DNA of 25,457 nt from an uncultured Nitrososphaerota archaeon (GCA_964594835.1 CAZQNA010000016.1:1-25457); one strand, 5' to 3'; shown: positions 7,445 to 16,592, numbered from the stretch's first letter. The notes: generated from the sequence alone by a model not told the origin. Translations and numbers: made by a program.

Positions 7445-8494
7445 TCAACCCCCCTTCAGAGCGATCAGGTAGGCCATCAGGCCGAAGATCAGCTGGTTCA
7501 TGAGCGTGACCACGTCGGCCGCCACCAGGATGACGGCGGCCGCCATCTCCCTGGTCAGCCCGAGGGCCTCCAGGAGGCCGACGCTGGCCCACTCCCTCAG
7601 CCCCAGGTTCCCCCCGGGGATGCCCAGGGGCAGCCTGAGCATTATGATGTTAACGGAGTAGACCAGGACGCCGGCCATCAGGGGGAAGTCCGGCTTCAGG
7701 GCGTGCAGCAGTATCAGGATCGGTGTCATGTCCATCAGCCAGCCGCACAGGGATATGGCCACGACCTTCACCATCAGGGGGACGTTCTCCCTCAGCCTCG
7801 AGTAGCCCTCGAGGTAGTCGTCCGCTATGGCCCTGACCGCCGATATGTCCCTCCTGGTGAGCCTCTCGGCAAGCCTCAGTATCCCGCCGAGGACCCGCTC
7901 GCTAGTGGTTGCCAGCAGGCCCAGTATCACCAGCAGGCCGCTGGCGCCCGCCAGCATCAGGGCCCTGGCCCCGGCCTCGGAGCCCTCCATCCCTGAGAGA
8001 AGGAGGTAGGCCGAGCCGCCGCCGACGTACACGACGAAGGGCATCAGCATGGTGATCCTGTGGGCGGTTATGGACGAGGCAGCCTCGCCTATGCCCAGCC
8101 CTCCCCTCCTGTGGGCCAGGTAGGTCCTGGTGGCGTCCGCGGACAGGGGGCCGGCCGGGATTATGAGGCTGGCCAGAGTCCCCACCCAGGATATGAGGTA
8201 GGCCTCCCTGAAGGACATCCTCCCCTCGAGGAGCACGTACCAGCCGAGGGCGTAGAGGAGGAACCCGACGTGGAAGGAGGCCACGGACAGGAGGACGGGG
8301 ACCCACCCGATCCTGGATATCGAGTCCGCCAGGAGCCTGGGGTCGGCGCCCCTGAGGAGGAGGGCCAGGGCGGCCAGGCCCAGGGCCCCGAGGAGGACGG
8401 TCGTCAGCCTGGCCTTACCGCTCCCCAGCCCAGCCAGGATGTCCTCCCGGACGTCGACCTCCCCACCGGACCCCTGCGCCCGCAAAGTGCTCAC
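7445..8494 (-). CDS. UPF0104 / lysylphosphatidylglycerol synthase TM-domain (flippase-like) membrane protein
   Basis: About 8 hydrophobic segments with family-like motifs W..LL, IIPAGPLSADATR and LPLGIPGGNLGLRE. Exact start uncertain. Confidence 0.8.
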   Translation of the reverse strand: MSTLRAQGSGGEVDVREDILAGLGSGKARLTTVLLGALGLAALALLLRGADPRLLADSISRIGWVPVLLSVASFHVGFLLYALGWYVLLEGRMSFREAYLISWVGTLASLIIPAGPLSADATRTYLAHRRGGLGIGEAASSITAHRITMLMPFVVYVGGGSAYLLLSGMEGSEAGARALMLAGASGLLVILGLLATTSERVLGGILRLAERLTRRDISAVRAIADDYLEGYSRLRENVPLMVKVVAISLCGWLMDMTPILILLHALKPDFPLMAGVLVYSVNIIMLRLPLGIPGGNLGLREWASVGLLEALGLTREMAAAVILVAADVVTLMNQLIFGLMAYLIALKGG

Positions 8495-8605
8495 CGAGCC
8501 GCGCCACGCGGAGGAGCCCTCGGGCTGTTCTTACATGAAGGTTGCGGCCCACGGGCCGTCGCGGCGAACTTTAATTTTCCCGACCCACCGGAGGCCTGGG
8601 TCGGT

Positions 8606-8722
8606 GCCGGGGTAGCTCAGACTGGTCAGAGCGCCGGACTCATAACCCCTCGCGCCGCGTCGGCTCCCGGCGCTCGGTGGGATATCCGGAGGTCGCGGGT
8701 TCAAGTCCCGCCCCCGGCACCA
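8606..8722 (+). tRNA. tRNA-Met(CAT), elongator type, with 39-nt intron at position 37/38 (8645-8683) and encoded CCA
   Basis: Acceptor GCCGGGG/CCCCGGC, anticodon stem CCGGA/TCCGG, CAT at 8641-8643, T-arm GCGGGTTCAAGTCCCGC. BHB motif: CUCA/UGGG 4-bp helix flanked by UAA and AUA bulges. TATA-like TTTAATTT at about 8570-8577. Confidence 0.95.
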
Positions 8723-8787
8723 CCCTCCGCTGATCCTCGAACCATCGGCTCCAGCTCGGCGACCGGGCCGGACCAGTCTAGGTTAGG

Positions 8788-11700
8788 CTAGGAGGGGGGC
8801 CTCCACCTCAGGAGGAGGGTCACGATGGCCCCCAGCAGCAGGATCGCCGCCAGGGCGATCGCCGTGGGGGACAGTCCCTTCTCCTCCTCTGGTGGACTCG
8901 GCGCCCCCGTCCGCGCCGGGCCCTCCGTGGCTGGCGGAGCCGCTATCTGGAACTCTGCGGACCCCTGGACCCCCGCCACCGACACCCCCACCGAGTACTC
9001 GCCGGGCGGCGCGCCGCCGGCGTCGACGGTGAACTCCACCTCGTGCCTCCCCTCGGCGAGCGTCACCCCGGACACCACGGCGGTCCGGCCGATGAGGTTC
9101 GCCCGCACGGCCCTGCCGTCTATGGAGAGGCTGCCCTCGACCAGCTCGAGCCCCTCGGGCACCGACACGACGAAATCCGTCGGGCCGACGTCGCCGCCGC
9201 GGACGTCCACCTCGACCGTCACGCGGACCAGCCCGCCCTCGGACACCTGGGAGCTGGTCGAGAGATGCACGGTCACCTCCCTGGGGGCCGAGACTGACAG
9301 CTCGGCCGAGGAGCAGACCTCACCCGCGCAGGCCCGGATCTCGTGGGACCCTGCCTCCCCCGCCCGGACGAGCATGGAGGCCTCCACCGCCTCCCCGGGG
9401 CCGAGGTACCCCACGGCCCAGGAGACGGCCCCATCCTCTACCGTGGGGGCGACCGGCGAGCCGTCTAACGTGAGAGACCCGGGGACGAACTCGAGGCCGT
9501 CGGGCAGCTCGACGGTGATGGTGAGCCCCTCGGACCTCCCGCCTCCCACGTTCCTCAGCCTCACGTCCAGCCTGGAGGTCCCGCCGACCTCGACCGACTC
9601 CGGGTCCAGCCCGAGCTCCAGCAGCAGGACGGCGCGGGCGGCCGTCGGGGCCGCCGGGGCCCGCCGACTGACCACCTCCAGGGAGGTGGAGTCGAGCAGG
9701 ACCCCCCTGAAGAACTCGGAGATCACGTAGGTCCCCTCACGCGCCCATGGCTGGACCGAGAACTCGCAGCTCACCCTCGCGGTCTCGCCCGGCGGGAGGC
9801 GGCCCAGCTCCACCCAGAGGGATCCCTCCCCCTCGACCGTCGGGACGGCCCCCCCGCCCGCGAGCGTGCAGGCCCCCGCGGGCCTGACCCCCTCCGGGAA
9901 CCTGAGCTCGACCTCGACCCGGTCGGCGGCCACCTCGCCCCCGTTCGAGACCCTGACGACCACGTCGAAGGAGTCCCCGGCGGGAGCCCGATCTGGGACG
10001 GCGTCGACCGACCCTGAGATCACAGCGCCGGGCGGAGGTGGCATGGGCAGCACGGTGAAGGACCTGTGCTCGCTGAGCCCGCAGTTGCTGGAGTACGGTC
10101 CGTAGGAGGAGACGTTGTCGCAGGCCTCAACGGCCCAGACGTACTCCCCGGCGGTCAGCTGCCCAACGGTCCACTCCACGGTCGCGTTCCTCCCGGACAC
10201 CTGCTTGGTCACCTCCATGACGACGGTCCTGTCCGGGAGCATGATCCGGAGGGTGGCGTTCTCCAGCCCCGTGTCGTCCCACACGCGGGCCCTGAACGTG
10301 TGCTCCATGGCCCACTCCACCTCCTCCTGGTCCCCCGGCTCAAGGAGGTCCACCTCGGGGGCGGCCTCGTCGACGATGGTGGTCATCAGCCTGAAGGAGT
10401 CCGACCTGGAGGGGTCTCCAGCCGAGGTCGCGTTGACCCTGATCTCCTCGACGAGCAGGTGCTGGTACGTCGTCGGGGTCATCAGCACCGTCATCAGGGA
10501 GTCCTCCCCGGGGTCCAGGGCCAGCTCAAGGCCGCCGCCCGTGACCTGGTCGGTGACGTTCACCCCGTCCAGGAGGTACTCCACCTCCACGTGCGCGGCT
10601 CCGGGCGGGCCGACCACCCTCAGGGTGTCTGGCACGTTTCCGTCGTTCTGAATGGACAGGGTGAAGTTGGCCGGGCTGGCGGGGTTGCTGGTGGTGTTCA
10701 GGAGCTGAGTCTCCGCAGGGTCCTCGTAGACGTCGTCGCCGGAGAGGCCGAGGGTGAGGTTGAGGGTCCCCCTGAGGTCTGGTCGGGTGTAGGCGAGGAC
10801 CTCGACGTCCATAGTGGCCTCGTCGTGGAATATCTCGTCGTCGCAGTACTCGAGGTCGGGGTGCCGGTTCACCCACTCCCAGTTGGAGCACCCCCTGACG
10901 ACCACCTCCAGGCTCCCCGGCGGGCTCGCCCTCGGGACGGAGATCCCGAAGACCATCCTGGCGTACCCACCGTGCGGGGGCAGGTCGCCGGTGTCGGGAA
11001 TGCCGTCCGCGCCGGTGTCGTGCTCAGGCGCCACGTAGTCCCAGGACCCGTCCCCGTCGTAGTCCGCGGCCAGGAGGACGTCGTCCGAGTCGAGAGGAGA
11101 CTCCGAGTGAGATCCCACCGGGTCGTTGAGGCCCTCGTCCCTGTAGAGGTATACTGATACGCCTCCCGGCGCCTGGAGGATCTTCACGTTGCCCCTGTCG
11201 GTCATCGGCGCCCTGTTTACCCAGTCCTGGACGAACCAGAGCGTGATGTTCCACTCTGGGGCGCCAGAGGCCGACATGCTGTCTGGCGAGATGAACCCGC
11301 ACGGCGTCTCCAGGGCGTTGGCCGTCAGGTGGGCCGTGTCGTGGTAGAGGCTGTCGTCGTCGTAGACGATGTTGGGGTAGCTCGGGTCCTCAACCCAGTC
11401 GTTGTAGGACGTGCCCCTGACGATCAGGTGGTAGGACTCGCCGGCCAGGACCTCGGAGTTGTTCACGTAGACCACGAAGACCAGGTTCACCCAGTTGTCC
11501 GGGCTGGTCTGGTTCCCGAGCATCCCCGTGTCGGGGATGTTGTCCCGGAAGGTGTCCTCCGACTGGTTGACCCAGTCCCACGTGCTGTTCGTGACCAGGT
11601 CTCCCCCCGCGTCCCCGTCCTCGTCGTAGGCAATGAGTACGTCGTCGGAGAAGTTGAACTGATCGGGAGAGGTGTAGAAGCCCGGCTCGTCGTCACCCTG

Positions 11701-13662
11701 CGCGTCCCTGTAGACCTCCACCCTCCAGTCCCTGTTCGAGGTTATGGAGATGTCCCCCATGTCCTCCCTCTCGGCCAGGTTGGTCATCTTGAGCACCAGG
11801 TAGAGCCTGGTGAAGTTCTCCCCGCACGCCACCTCGAAGTTCTCGTTGACCGTGTCGGGCTCTATCATCCCCGCCACCAGCGGGGCCACGACCTCGACCG
11901 TCAGGTTGAAGTAGGTCACCTCGGGATCGTCGGGCAGATCGTTCAGGTTCTCGTCGGCGAAGACGGCCACCTTGGCCCTGTAGACTCCCGGCTGCTGGGG
12001 TATCGGGACGGAGACGTTCACCGTGAAGTTGACCGACTCCTGGGCCTGGATCGCGAAGTCCTGGGGGTCGAACGTCACCTTAGACCGGTCGATCGTCACC
12101 GTCGGGTCGGTCTCCAGGGCCAGGTCCGTGGCCAGCTCGAACTTGACGTGGTCCAGCTGGAAGGCCCCCGCGTTCGTCACGCTGCCACCGGCGGAGGCGG
12201 TCGTGTTCTCGACGACCGTCATCCCCAGGGCGGGCGGGTTCACCAGGAGCCCCTCCACGACGAAGAAGCCGGCGTCCTGGGCGACGTAGCCGTTGTCGTA
12301 GCTCGCGGCCGGGCCCGCGTAGACCTTAACCGTCCAGGCCCCGGGGTCCGCGTCTCCGGGGACGTCGAAGTAGCCCGAGTAGACCCCGTCGTCCGCGGCG
12401 GCGTCAGCCCCGGCGCCGTCGTCGGTGAGCTGGGTGGAGCCGACCAGCGTCCCGTTGGGGTCGTAGACCTCGGCCGTCAGGTAGTCCCCGGTGGAGGAGT
12501 CGAGGTTTGAGCCGACCTCGCTGCTGGCCGTGATCAGCACCTGGGCCCCCCGCCTGATCGGCCCTCCCGGGTTGGAGGAGTCCGCAACCCCCTCAAGCCT
12601 GACGTGGAATCCCTCCGGCTCCCCCAGCTCCCCCGGGATCCAGCCGGCCACCCGAACGTCGTCCACGTAGACGTAGGTCCCGTAGAGCCCGTCGTACGTG
12701 TTTCCGGCCCTGAAGTATATCCTCACGGTCTGGCCCGCGAACTCGCTCAGGTCGTAGGTGAACTGCTTCCACGGCCTCTCCTTCCACTTGACACCGCAGC
12801 AGGGGGCCGTCTCGTGGAGCAGGGTCTTGAGGACGTGTCCCGAGGAGTCCCTCACCTGGACGTCGAACGTGTCGTACGGGGAGTAGTCGTAGGTGACTAT
12901 GCGCCTCCAGAAGGAGAGGACGGCCCCAGACTCGGGGATGGTCACCTCCTGGTACACCCACCCCCCTATTGAGGCGTACGCCGAGCTCGGGCCCCACCCG
13001 GAGTAGTCCCACCCTATCTTGTAGGACTTGGTGCCGGAGTGGGCCACCGACCCTCCCAGGTGGGGGTCGGACCCCGAGACGACGCGGTGGGCCGCAAGCG
13101 AGTGGCTGACACCGCCCCCCACCCACGCCCCAGGGGACACCTCGCCGACGGCCGCGGACTCGAACCCCCCGTCCTGTATCAGGTCGCCGGGCGCCGGGGG
13201 CGCGAACCCGCCGGGGGGCTTCAGACCGTTCTCGACCACGTCGAAGTAGATGTAGTAGACCCCGGGGCCCGACGCGTCCAGCTGGAACGTCACGTCCCCC
13301 CTGCCGTTGTTCAGGGCGTCCGGGGAGCCCTCGAAGGTCTCGTCGCTGAAGGCCTGGTTCGGCACGGGGCTGCCAGAGGGGGAGATCACCCTGACCGAGT
13401 TCTCGTCGAAGTCCCCTGAGACCCCGAGTTCGTCCAGGAGTGCGCCGAAGTCGACCGATACTCGGACCGAGGACCCGGGAGAGCCCGACTCAACCTCGAC
13501 GGGCACTCTGTAGTGCCAGTCGCTGCCCACGCTCACCCCGTCGGGGTCCCACCAGCCTCCACCGCCCTGCGCCCTCGGGCGCGCGGTCGGGGGAGGGAGG
13601 ATCAGCAGGCCCAGCAGGAGCACGCAGAGCCGGGCTAGGGCGCGGCCGCGGCGACGGGGCAT
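8788..13662 (-). CDS. Large modular cell-surface glycoprotein (adhesin-like)
   Basis: Signal peptide ending PRA-Q. WWD...WHYRVPV N-terminal domain. Galactose-binding-like beta-sandwich (GGFES...WKQFTYDLSEFAGQTVRIYF...YVDDVRV). DDG..AD..ADDGVYSGYF motif. Two Asp-rich internal repeats and three DUF11/Ig-like modules. Pro-rich stalk and C-terminal TM helix. Many NxS/T sequons. Confidence 0.9.
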   Translation of the reverse strand: MPRRRGRALARLCVLLLGLLILPPPTARPRAQGGGGWWDPDGVSVGSDWHYRVPVEVESGSPGSSVRVSVDFGALLDELGVSGDFDENSVRVISPSGSPVPNQAFSDETFEGSPDALNNGRGDVTFQLDASGPGVYYIYFDVVENGLKPPGGFAPPAPGDLIQDGGFESAAVGEVSPGAWVGGGVSHSLAAHRVVSGSDPHLGGSVAHSGTKSYKIGWDYSGWGPSSAYASIGGWVYQEVTIPESGAVLSFWRRIVTYDYSPYDTFDVQVRDSSGHVLKTLLHETAPCCGVKWKERPWKQFTYDLSEFAGQTVRIYFRAGNTYDGLYGTYVYVDDVRVAGWIPGELGEPEGFHVRLEGVADSSNPGGPIRRGAQVLITASSEVGSNLDSSTGDYLTAEVYDPNGTLVGSTQLTDDGAGADAAADDGVYSGYFDVPGDADPGAWTVKVYAGPAASYDNGYVAQDAGFFVVEGLLVNPPALGMTVVENTTASAGGSVTNAGAFQLDHVKFELATDLALETDPTVTIDRSKVTFDPQDFAIQAQESVNFTVNVSVPIPQQPGVYRAKVAVFADENLNDLPDDPEVTYFNLTVEVVAPLVAGMIEPDTVNENFEVACGENFTRLYLVLKMTNLAEREDMGDISITSNRDWRVEVYRDAQGDDEPGFYTSPDQFNFSDDVLIAYDEDGDAGGDLVTNSTWDWVNQSEDTFRDNIPDTGMLGNQTSPDNWVNLVFVVYVNNSEVLAGESYHLIVRGTSYNDWVEDPSYPNIVYDDDSLYHDTAHLTANALETPCGFISPDSMSASGAPEWNITLWFVQDWVNRAPMTDRGNVKILQAPGGVSVYLYRDEGLNDPVGSHSESPLDSDDVLLAADYDGDGSWDYVAPEHDTGADGIPDTGDLPPHGGYARMVFGISVPRASPPGSLEVVVRGCSNWEWVNRHPDLEYCDDEIFHDEATMDVEVLAYTRPDLRGTLNLTLGLSGDDVYEDPAETQLLNTTSNPASPANFTLSIQNDGNVPDTLRVVGPPGAAHVEVEYLLDGVNVTDQVTGGGLELALDPGEDSLMTVLMTPTTYQHLLVEEIRVNATSAGDPSRSDSFRLMTTIVDEAAPEVDLLEPGDQEEVEWAMEHTFRARVWDDTGLENATLRIMLPDRTVVMEVTKQVSGRNATVEWTVGQLTAGEYVWAVEACDNVSSYGPYSSNCGLSEHRSFTVLPMPPPPGAVISGSVDAVPDRAPAGDSFDVVVRVSNGGEVAADRVEVELRFPEGVRPAGACTLAGGGAVPTVEGEGSLWVELGRLPPGETARVSCEFSVQPWAREGTYVISEFFRGVLLDSTSLEVVSRRAPAAPTAARAVLLLELGLDPESVEVGGTSRLDVRLRNVGGGRSEGLTITVELPDGLEFVPGSLTLDGSPVAPTVEDGAVSWAVGYLGPGEAVEASMLVRAGEAGSHEIRACAGEVCSSAELSVSAPREVTVHLSTSSQVSEGGLVRVTVEVDVRGGDVGPTDFVVSVPEGLELVEGSLSIDGRAVRANLIGRTAVVSGVTLAEGRHEVEFTVDAGGAPPGEYSVGVSVAGVQGSAEFQIAAPPATEGPARTGAPSPPEEEKGLSPTAIALAAILLLGAIVTLLLRWRPPS
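10795..11875 (-). repeat. Two tandem ~170-190-aa Asp-rich repeats within the surface protein
   Basis: Aligned motifs: VYRD/LYRD, SDDVLIAYDEDGD/SDDVLLAADYDGD, WDWV/WDYV, IPDTG/IPDTG, VRGTS/VRGCS, DDSLYHDTA/DDEIFHDEA. Boundaries approximate. Confidence 0.8.
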
Positions 13663-13681
13663 CGAAAATGTCCCTCCGACG

Positions 13682-13695
13682 ATAAAAACATAAAA
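13682..13695 (-). promoter_or_regulatory. Putative TATA region of the surface-protein gene (likely leaderless)
   Basis: Minus strand TTTTATGTTTTTAT lies 20-33 nt upstream of the ATG at 13662, within a ~110-bp AT-rich intergenic stretch. Confidence 0.55.
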
Positions 13696-13845
13696 CTTCC
13701 TGAGACTTAATCCCCGAGCTAGTCTGTTAAAGTATAATGCACGATAGTTTGGTAAATTGTTGCTGATTCAAGTTGGAGACTTGCGGGAGCGGGGGCAACC
13801 TTTTATCCCCGGGGGGCGCCCGGCCAGCGGGTCTTGGCCGCGCGT

Positions 13846-13933
13846 GCCGGGGTGCCCTAGCCTGGTAGGGGGCGGGCCTGCTAAGCCCGTGGCCCATCGG
13901 GCCGCGTGGGTTCGAATCCCACCCCCGGCGCCA
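13846..13933 (+). tRNA. tRNA-Ser(GCT) with encoded CCA
   Basis: Acceptor GCCGGGG/CCCCGGC, discriminator G, anticodon arm CGGGC-CT-GCT-AA-GCCCG, long variable arm, GTTCGAATC T-loop. TTTTAT box at 13801. Confidence 0.96.
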
Positions 13934-14011
13934 CCTCATCCGCGTCCCGAGCCAACGGTTAAATAGGGGGAGCCTCAAGCCCACCTGAACGAAGGAGAGG
14001 GTGCAGCCAAA

Positions 14012-14461
14012 TTGGAGCAGCGGGAGATCCTGAAGAGGCTGAGGCTCGCCGGAACCACGCTGGAGGGAGACAAGCCAGTCGTCATAGCCCTGACCTACAT
14101 CAAGGGGGTGAGCCACACCCTGGCCAACGCCATCGCGGAGAAGGCCGGCGTGGACAAGTGGGCCCTCCTTGGGACCCTCAGCGACGAGCAGCTGGCCAAG
14201 CTGGAGGAGGTCATGAGGGACCCCGCGAGGTTCGGCGTCCCCTGGTGGATGCTGAACAGGCAGAGGGACCCCGACGACGGGGAGTCCAGGCACATCATAG
14301 GCGACGACCTGGACTTCGTCGTGAGGCAGGACATCGACAGGATGAAGAAGATGAGGAGCTGGAAGGGGATAAGGCACGCCCTCGGGCTCAAGGTCAGGGG
14401 ACAGAGGACGAAGACCACCGGCAGGGTCGGCAGGACCGTCGGCTACCAGAGGAAGAGGTGA
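14012..14461 (+). CDS. rps13: 30S ribosomal protein S13 (uS13)
   Basis: ALTYIKGV, PWWMLNRQRD, SWKGIRHALGLKVRGQRTKTTGR. TTG start with TTAAATA box at 13959. Confidence 0.98.
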   Translation: MEQREILKRLRLAGTTLEGDKPVVIALTYIKGVSHTLANAIAEKAGVDKWALLGTLSDEQLAKLEEVMRDPARFGVPWWMLNRQRDPDDGESRHIIGDDLDFVVRQDIDRMKKMRSWKGIRHALGLKVRGQRTKTTGRVGRTVGYQRKR

Positions 14462-14476
14462 GCCGGGGGGTCCACC

Positions 14477-15079
14477 ATGGGAGATCCCAAGAGGCCGCGG
14501 AAGAAGTACGAGAGGCCCCTCAAGCCCTGGGACAGGGCGGTCCTCGAGGAGTCCAACAGGCTCGCCGGGATGTACGGGCTCAGAAACAAGAGGGAGCTCT
14601 GGAGGGCGGAGTACATGGCCAGGAAGTACAGGAGGATGGTGAGGCAGGCGCTCGCCCTCCACCCCGAGGAGGCCGCCCAGATCCTGAGGCCGGCGATCCA
14701 GAGGCTCCAGAAGCTGGGCATACTCGGCCCGGACGCCACGCCGGACGACATGCTCGACATAACCGCGAAGGACTTCCTCGAGCGGAGGCTCCAGACGCTC
14801 GTTTGGAAGAGGGGGTTCGCCAAGTCCCCCTACCAGGCCCGGCAGTGGATAGTCCACGGGCACGTGTGGGTGGCCGGCCGGAGGATAAGGTCCCCCGGCT
14901 ACCTGGTCCCCGTGTCCGAGGAGGAGGCGATAGAGTGCACCCACCCCGAGTACCTGAGGGCCCAGACGGGAGAGGAGGCGGGAGAGGAGGCCCAGCCTCA
15001 GCCTGAGCCCCAGCCGGGGTCCGAGGCCGCACCGGCGCCTGAGGGGTCTGCTGGGGCGCCGGAGGGAGGTGAGGCCTGA
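14477..15079 (+). CDS. rps4: 30S ribosomal protein S4 (uS4) with acidic/Pro-rich C-terminal tail
   Basis: [48 protein letters not shown]. Confidence 0.98.
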   Translation: MGDPKRPRKKYERPLKPWDRAVLEESNRLAGMYGLRNKRELWRAEYMARKYRRMVRQALALHPEEAAQILRPAIQRLQKLGILGPDATPDDMLDITAKDFLERRLQTLVWKRGFAKSPYQARQWIVHGHVWVAGRRIRSPGYLVPVSEEEAIECTHPEYLRAQTGEEAGEEAQPQPEPQPGSEAAPAPEGSAGAPEGGEA

Positions 15080-15483
15080 TGTCCTCTGAGGGTAAGAAGA
15101 AGGGCAAGATCGCCGTAGCCCACATCTACTCGTCCTTCAACGACACGATAGTCCACGTGACGGACATCACCGGCGCCGAGACCCTGGCCATATACAGCGG
15201 CGGGATGTTCGTCGACGCCGACAGGCTCGAGGGCTCTCCCTACGCGGCCCTCAAGGCGGCCATGGCCGCTGCCAGGGACCTCAAGAGGAAGGGCATAACC
15301 CAGCTGGTGGTCAAGGTCAGGGCGCCCGGCGGGATCAAGAGCAGGATCCCCGGCCCCGGGGCGACCGCGGCCATAAGGGGTCTTGCCAGGAGCGGCCTGC
15401 TCCTGCTGAGGGTGGAGGACGTCACCCCGATACCCCACGACGGCTGCAGGAAGCCCCACGGCAGGAGGGGCAGGAGGGTCTGA
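15079..15483 (+). CDS. rps11: 30S ribosomal protein S11 (uS11)
   Basis: [49 protein letters not shown]. Confidence 0.98.
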   Translation: MSSEGKKKGKIAVAHIYSSFNDTIVHVTDITGAETLAIYSGGMFVDADRLEGSPYAALKAAMAAARDLKRKGITQLVVKVRAPGGIKSRIPGPGATAAIRGLARSGLLLLRVEDVTPIPHDGCRKPHGRRGRRV

Positions 15484-15536
15484 GGGCCTGCCTTAAATAG
15501 CTCGGCCCGACACACAGACTTCACAGGGCCCCGGTC

Positions 15537-16592
15537 ATGGAGCGCACCTGGGTCGACCACCTCGTCTCTCAGATGTACAGGCACGCGTCAGCCCGTCCAC
15601 TGGGGCCCCCCTCCCCGGACGGCCTGGCCTCCGCCCTGGAGCTCAGAGTGAGGGGCAGGGCCATAAGGATCTTGGTCGCGGTCTACGACGGACCCGAGGA
15701 GTCCTCCCACCTACCCCGGTGGGTCGACGAGCTCGTTTCCGACTACCTTGGAGGCTGGGACCGCCTCATGGAGATGGGGATATCTAGGATAGACCTCTGG
15801 ATCCCCCCCGAACTGTTCGAGAGATTCCAGGCCGAGGTCCCCGAGTCCTTTCGGGGGGTGTCGATCGTCCTCAGGAACACGCAGGAGCTCAACCTCCCCA
15901 TGGAGGACGTGGAGACCGCCACCAGGTCCGTGGTGGAGGCCATGGGCGAGGTGGACGTCGGGGCCCTGGACGTGGGGGAGCGGCGGCCGGCGGCCGGCCC
16001 GGAGGCTCGGCCCTCCCAGGTTGCGGGGGCAGAGCTGGAGCTGGAGGAGCCGACTAGAGGGGCGAGAGTCAGGGGGGAGAGGATAGAGGAGCTTCTCCAG
16101 GAGCTTCTCCGGGAGCTCAGGTCAGGGGGCAGGCTGGAGCGGGATCCAAGGGTCGAGGAGCTGGAGAGGGCGCTCCAAGAGCTGTCCAGGGAGGTCAGGG
16201 AGCTTAAGGGCCTCAGGGGCGGGGAGTCGCGGAGGATAGAGTCCCTTGAGAGGAGGGTGGACGAGCTGTCCAGGTCCATAGACATGCTGCTGATGCTGGT
16301 CAAGCTCCTCGCCTCTGGCGCAACGGTCACCCCGTCAGAGTGGCCGGCGCGACCCGGGCCGCGGGGACCGTCGAGGGCGGAGGCCCGGGGCCCGATCCCG
16401 CCACCGGCGCCGCGCGGCCCCCGGGCCGAGGGTGAGACCGAAACCGTTAAGGACATGGGGGCGCGCCCCGCCCGGGAGACGCGCCCCGCCCCGGGGGAGG
16501 GTGTCTCCCTCGACCTCCTGGAGGAGTTCGCGAGGGACAACCCCTGGGCAGACGTCCTCTCGAGGAAGGGTGTGAAGGGAGATGAGGGTTAA
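15537..16592 (+). CDS. Uncharacterised protein (globular N-domain, coiled coil, Pro/Arg linker, C-terminal DNPWxxVL helix); candidate arcadin-2-like
   Basis: 351-aa ORF with host codon usage and its own TTAAATA box at 15493-15499. Heptad region RVEELERALQELSREVRELK...RIESLERRVDELSRSID. Overlaps the rpoD start by 11 nt. Confidence is for the gene itself; the family call is tentative. Confidence 0.8.
   Translation: MERTWVDHLVSQMYRHASARPLGPPSPDGLASALELRVRGRAIRILVAVYDGPEESSHLPRWVDELVSDYLGGWDRLMEMGISRIDLWIPPELFERFQAEVPESFRGVSIVLRNTQELNLPMEDVETATRSVVEAMGEVDVGALDVGERRPAAGPEARPSQVAGAELELEEPTRGARVRGERIEELLQELLRELRSGGRLERDPRVEELERALQELSREVRELKGLRGGESRRIESLERRVDELSRSIDMLLMLVKLLASGATVTPSEWPARPGPRGPSRAEARGPIPPPAPRGPRAEGETETVKDMGARPARETRPAPGEGVSLDLLEEFARDNPWADVLSRKGVKGDEG

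Noticed and set aside
7445-7447. Selenocysteine at the in-frame TGA
   Set aside because: No redox-type motif context and no recognisable SECIS element. A CTG start is the simpler explanation.
8825-13685. Long plus-strand ORFs (8825..9730, 10066..11157, 11329..12510 etc.)
   Set aside because: Antisense shadows of the 1624-aa gene with no recognisable motifs.
8606-13933. tRNA-integrated island carrying the surface protein
   Set aside because: No integrase and no duplicated tRNA 3' fragment. The similar ends belong to two complete, different tRNAs, and codon usage is host-like.
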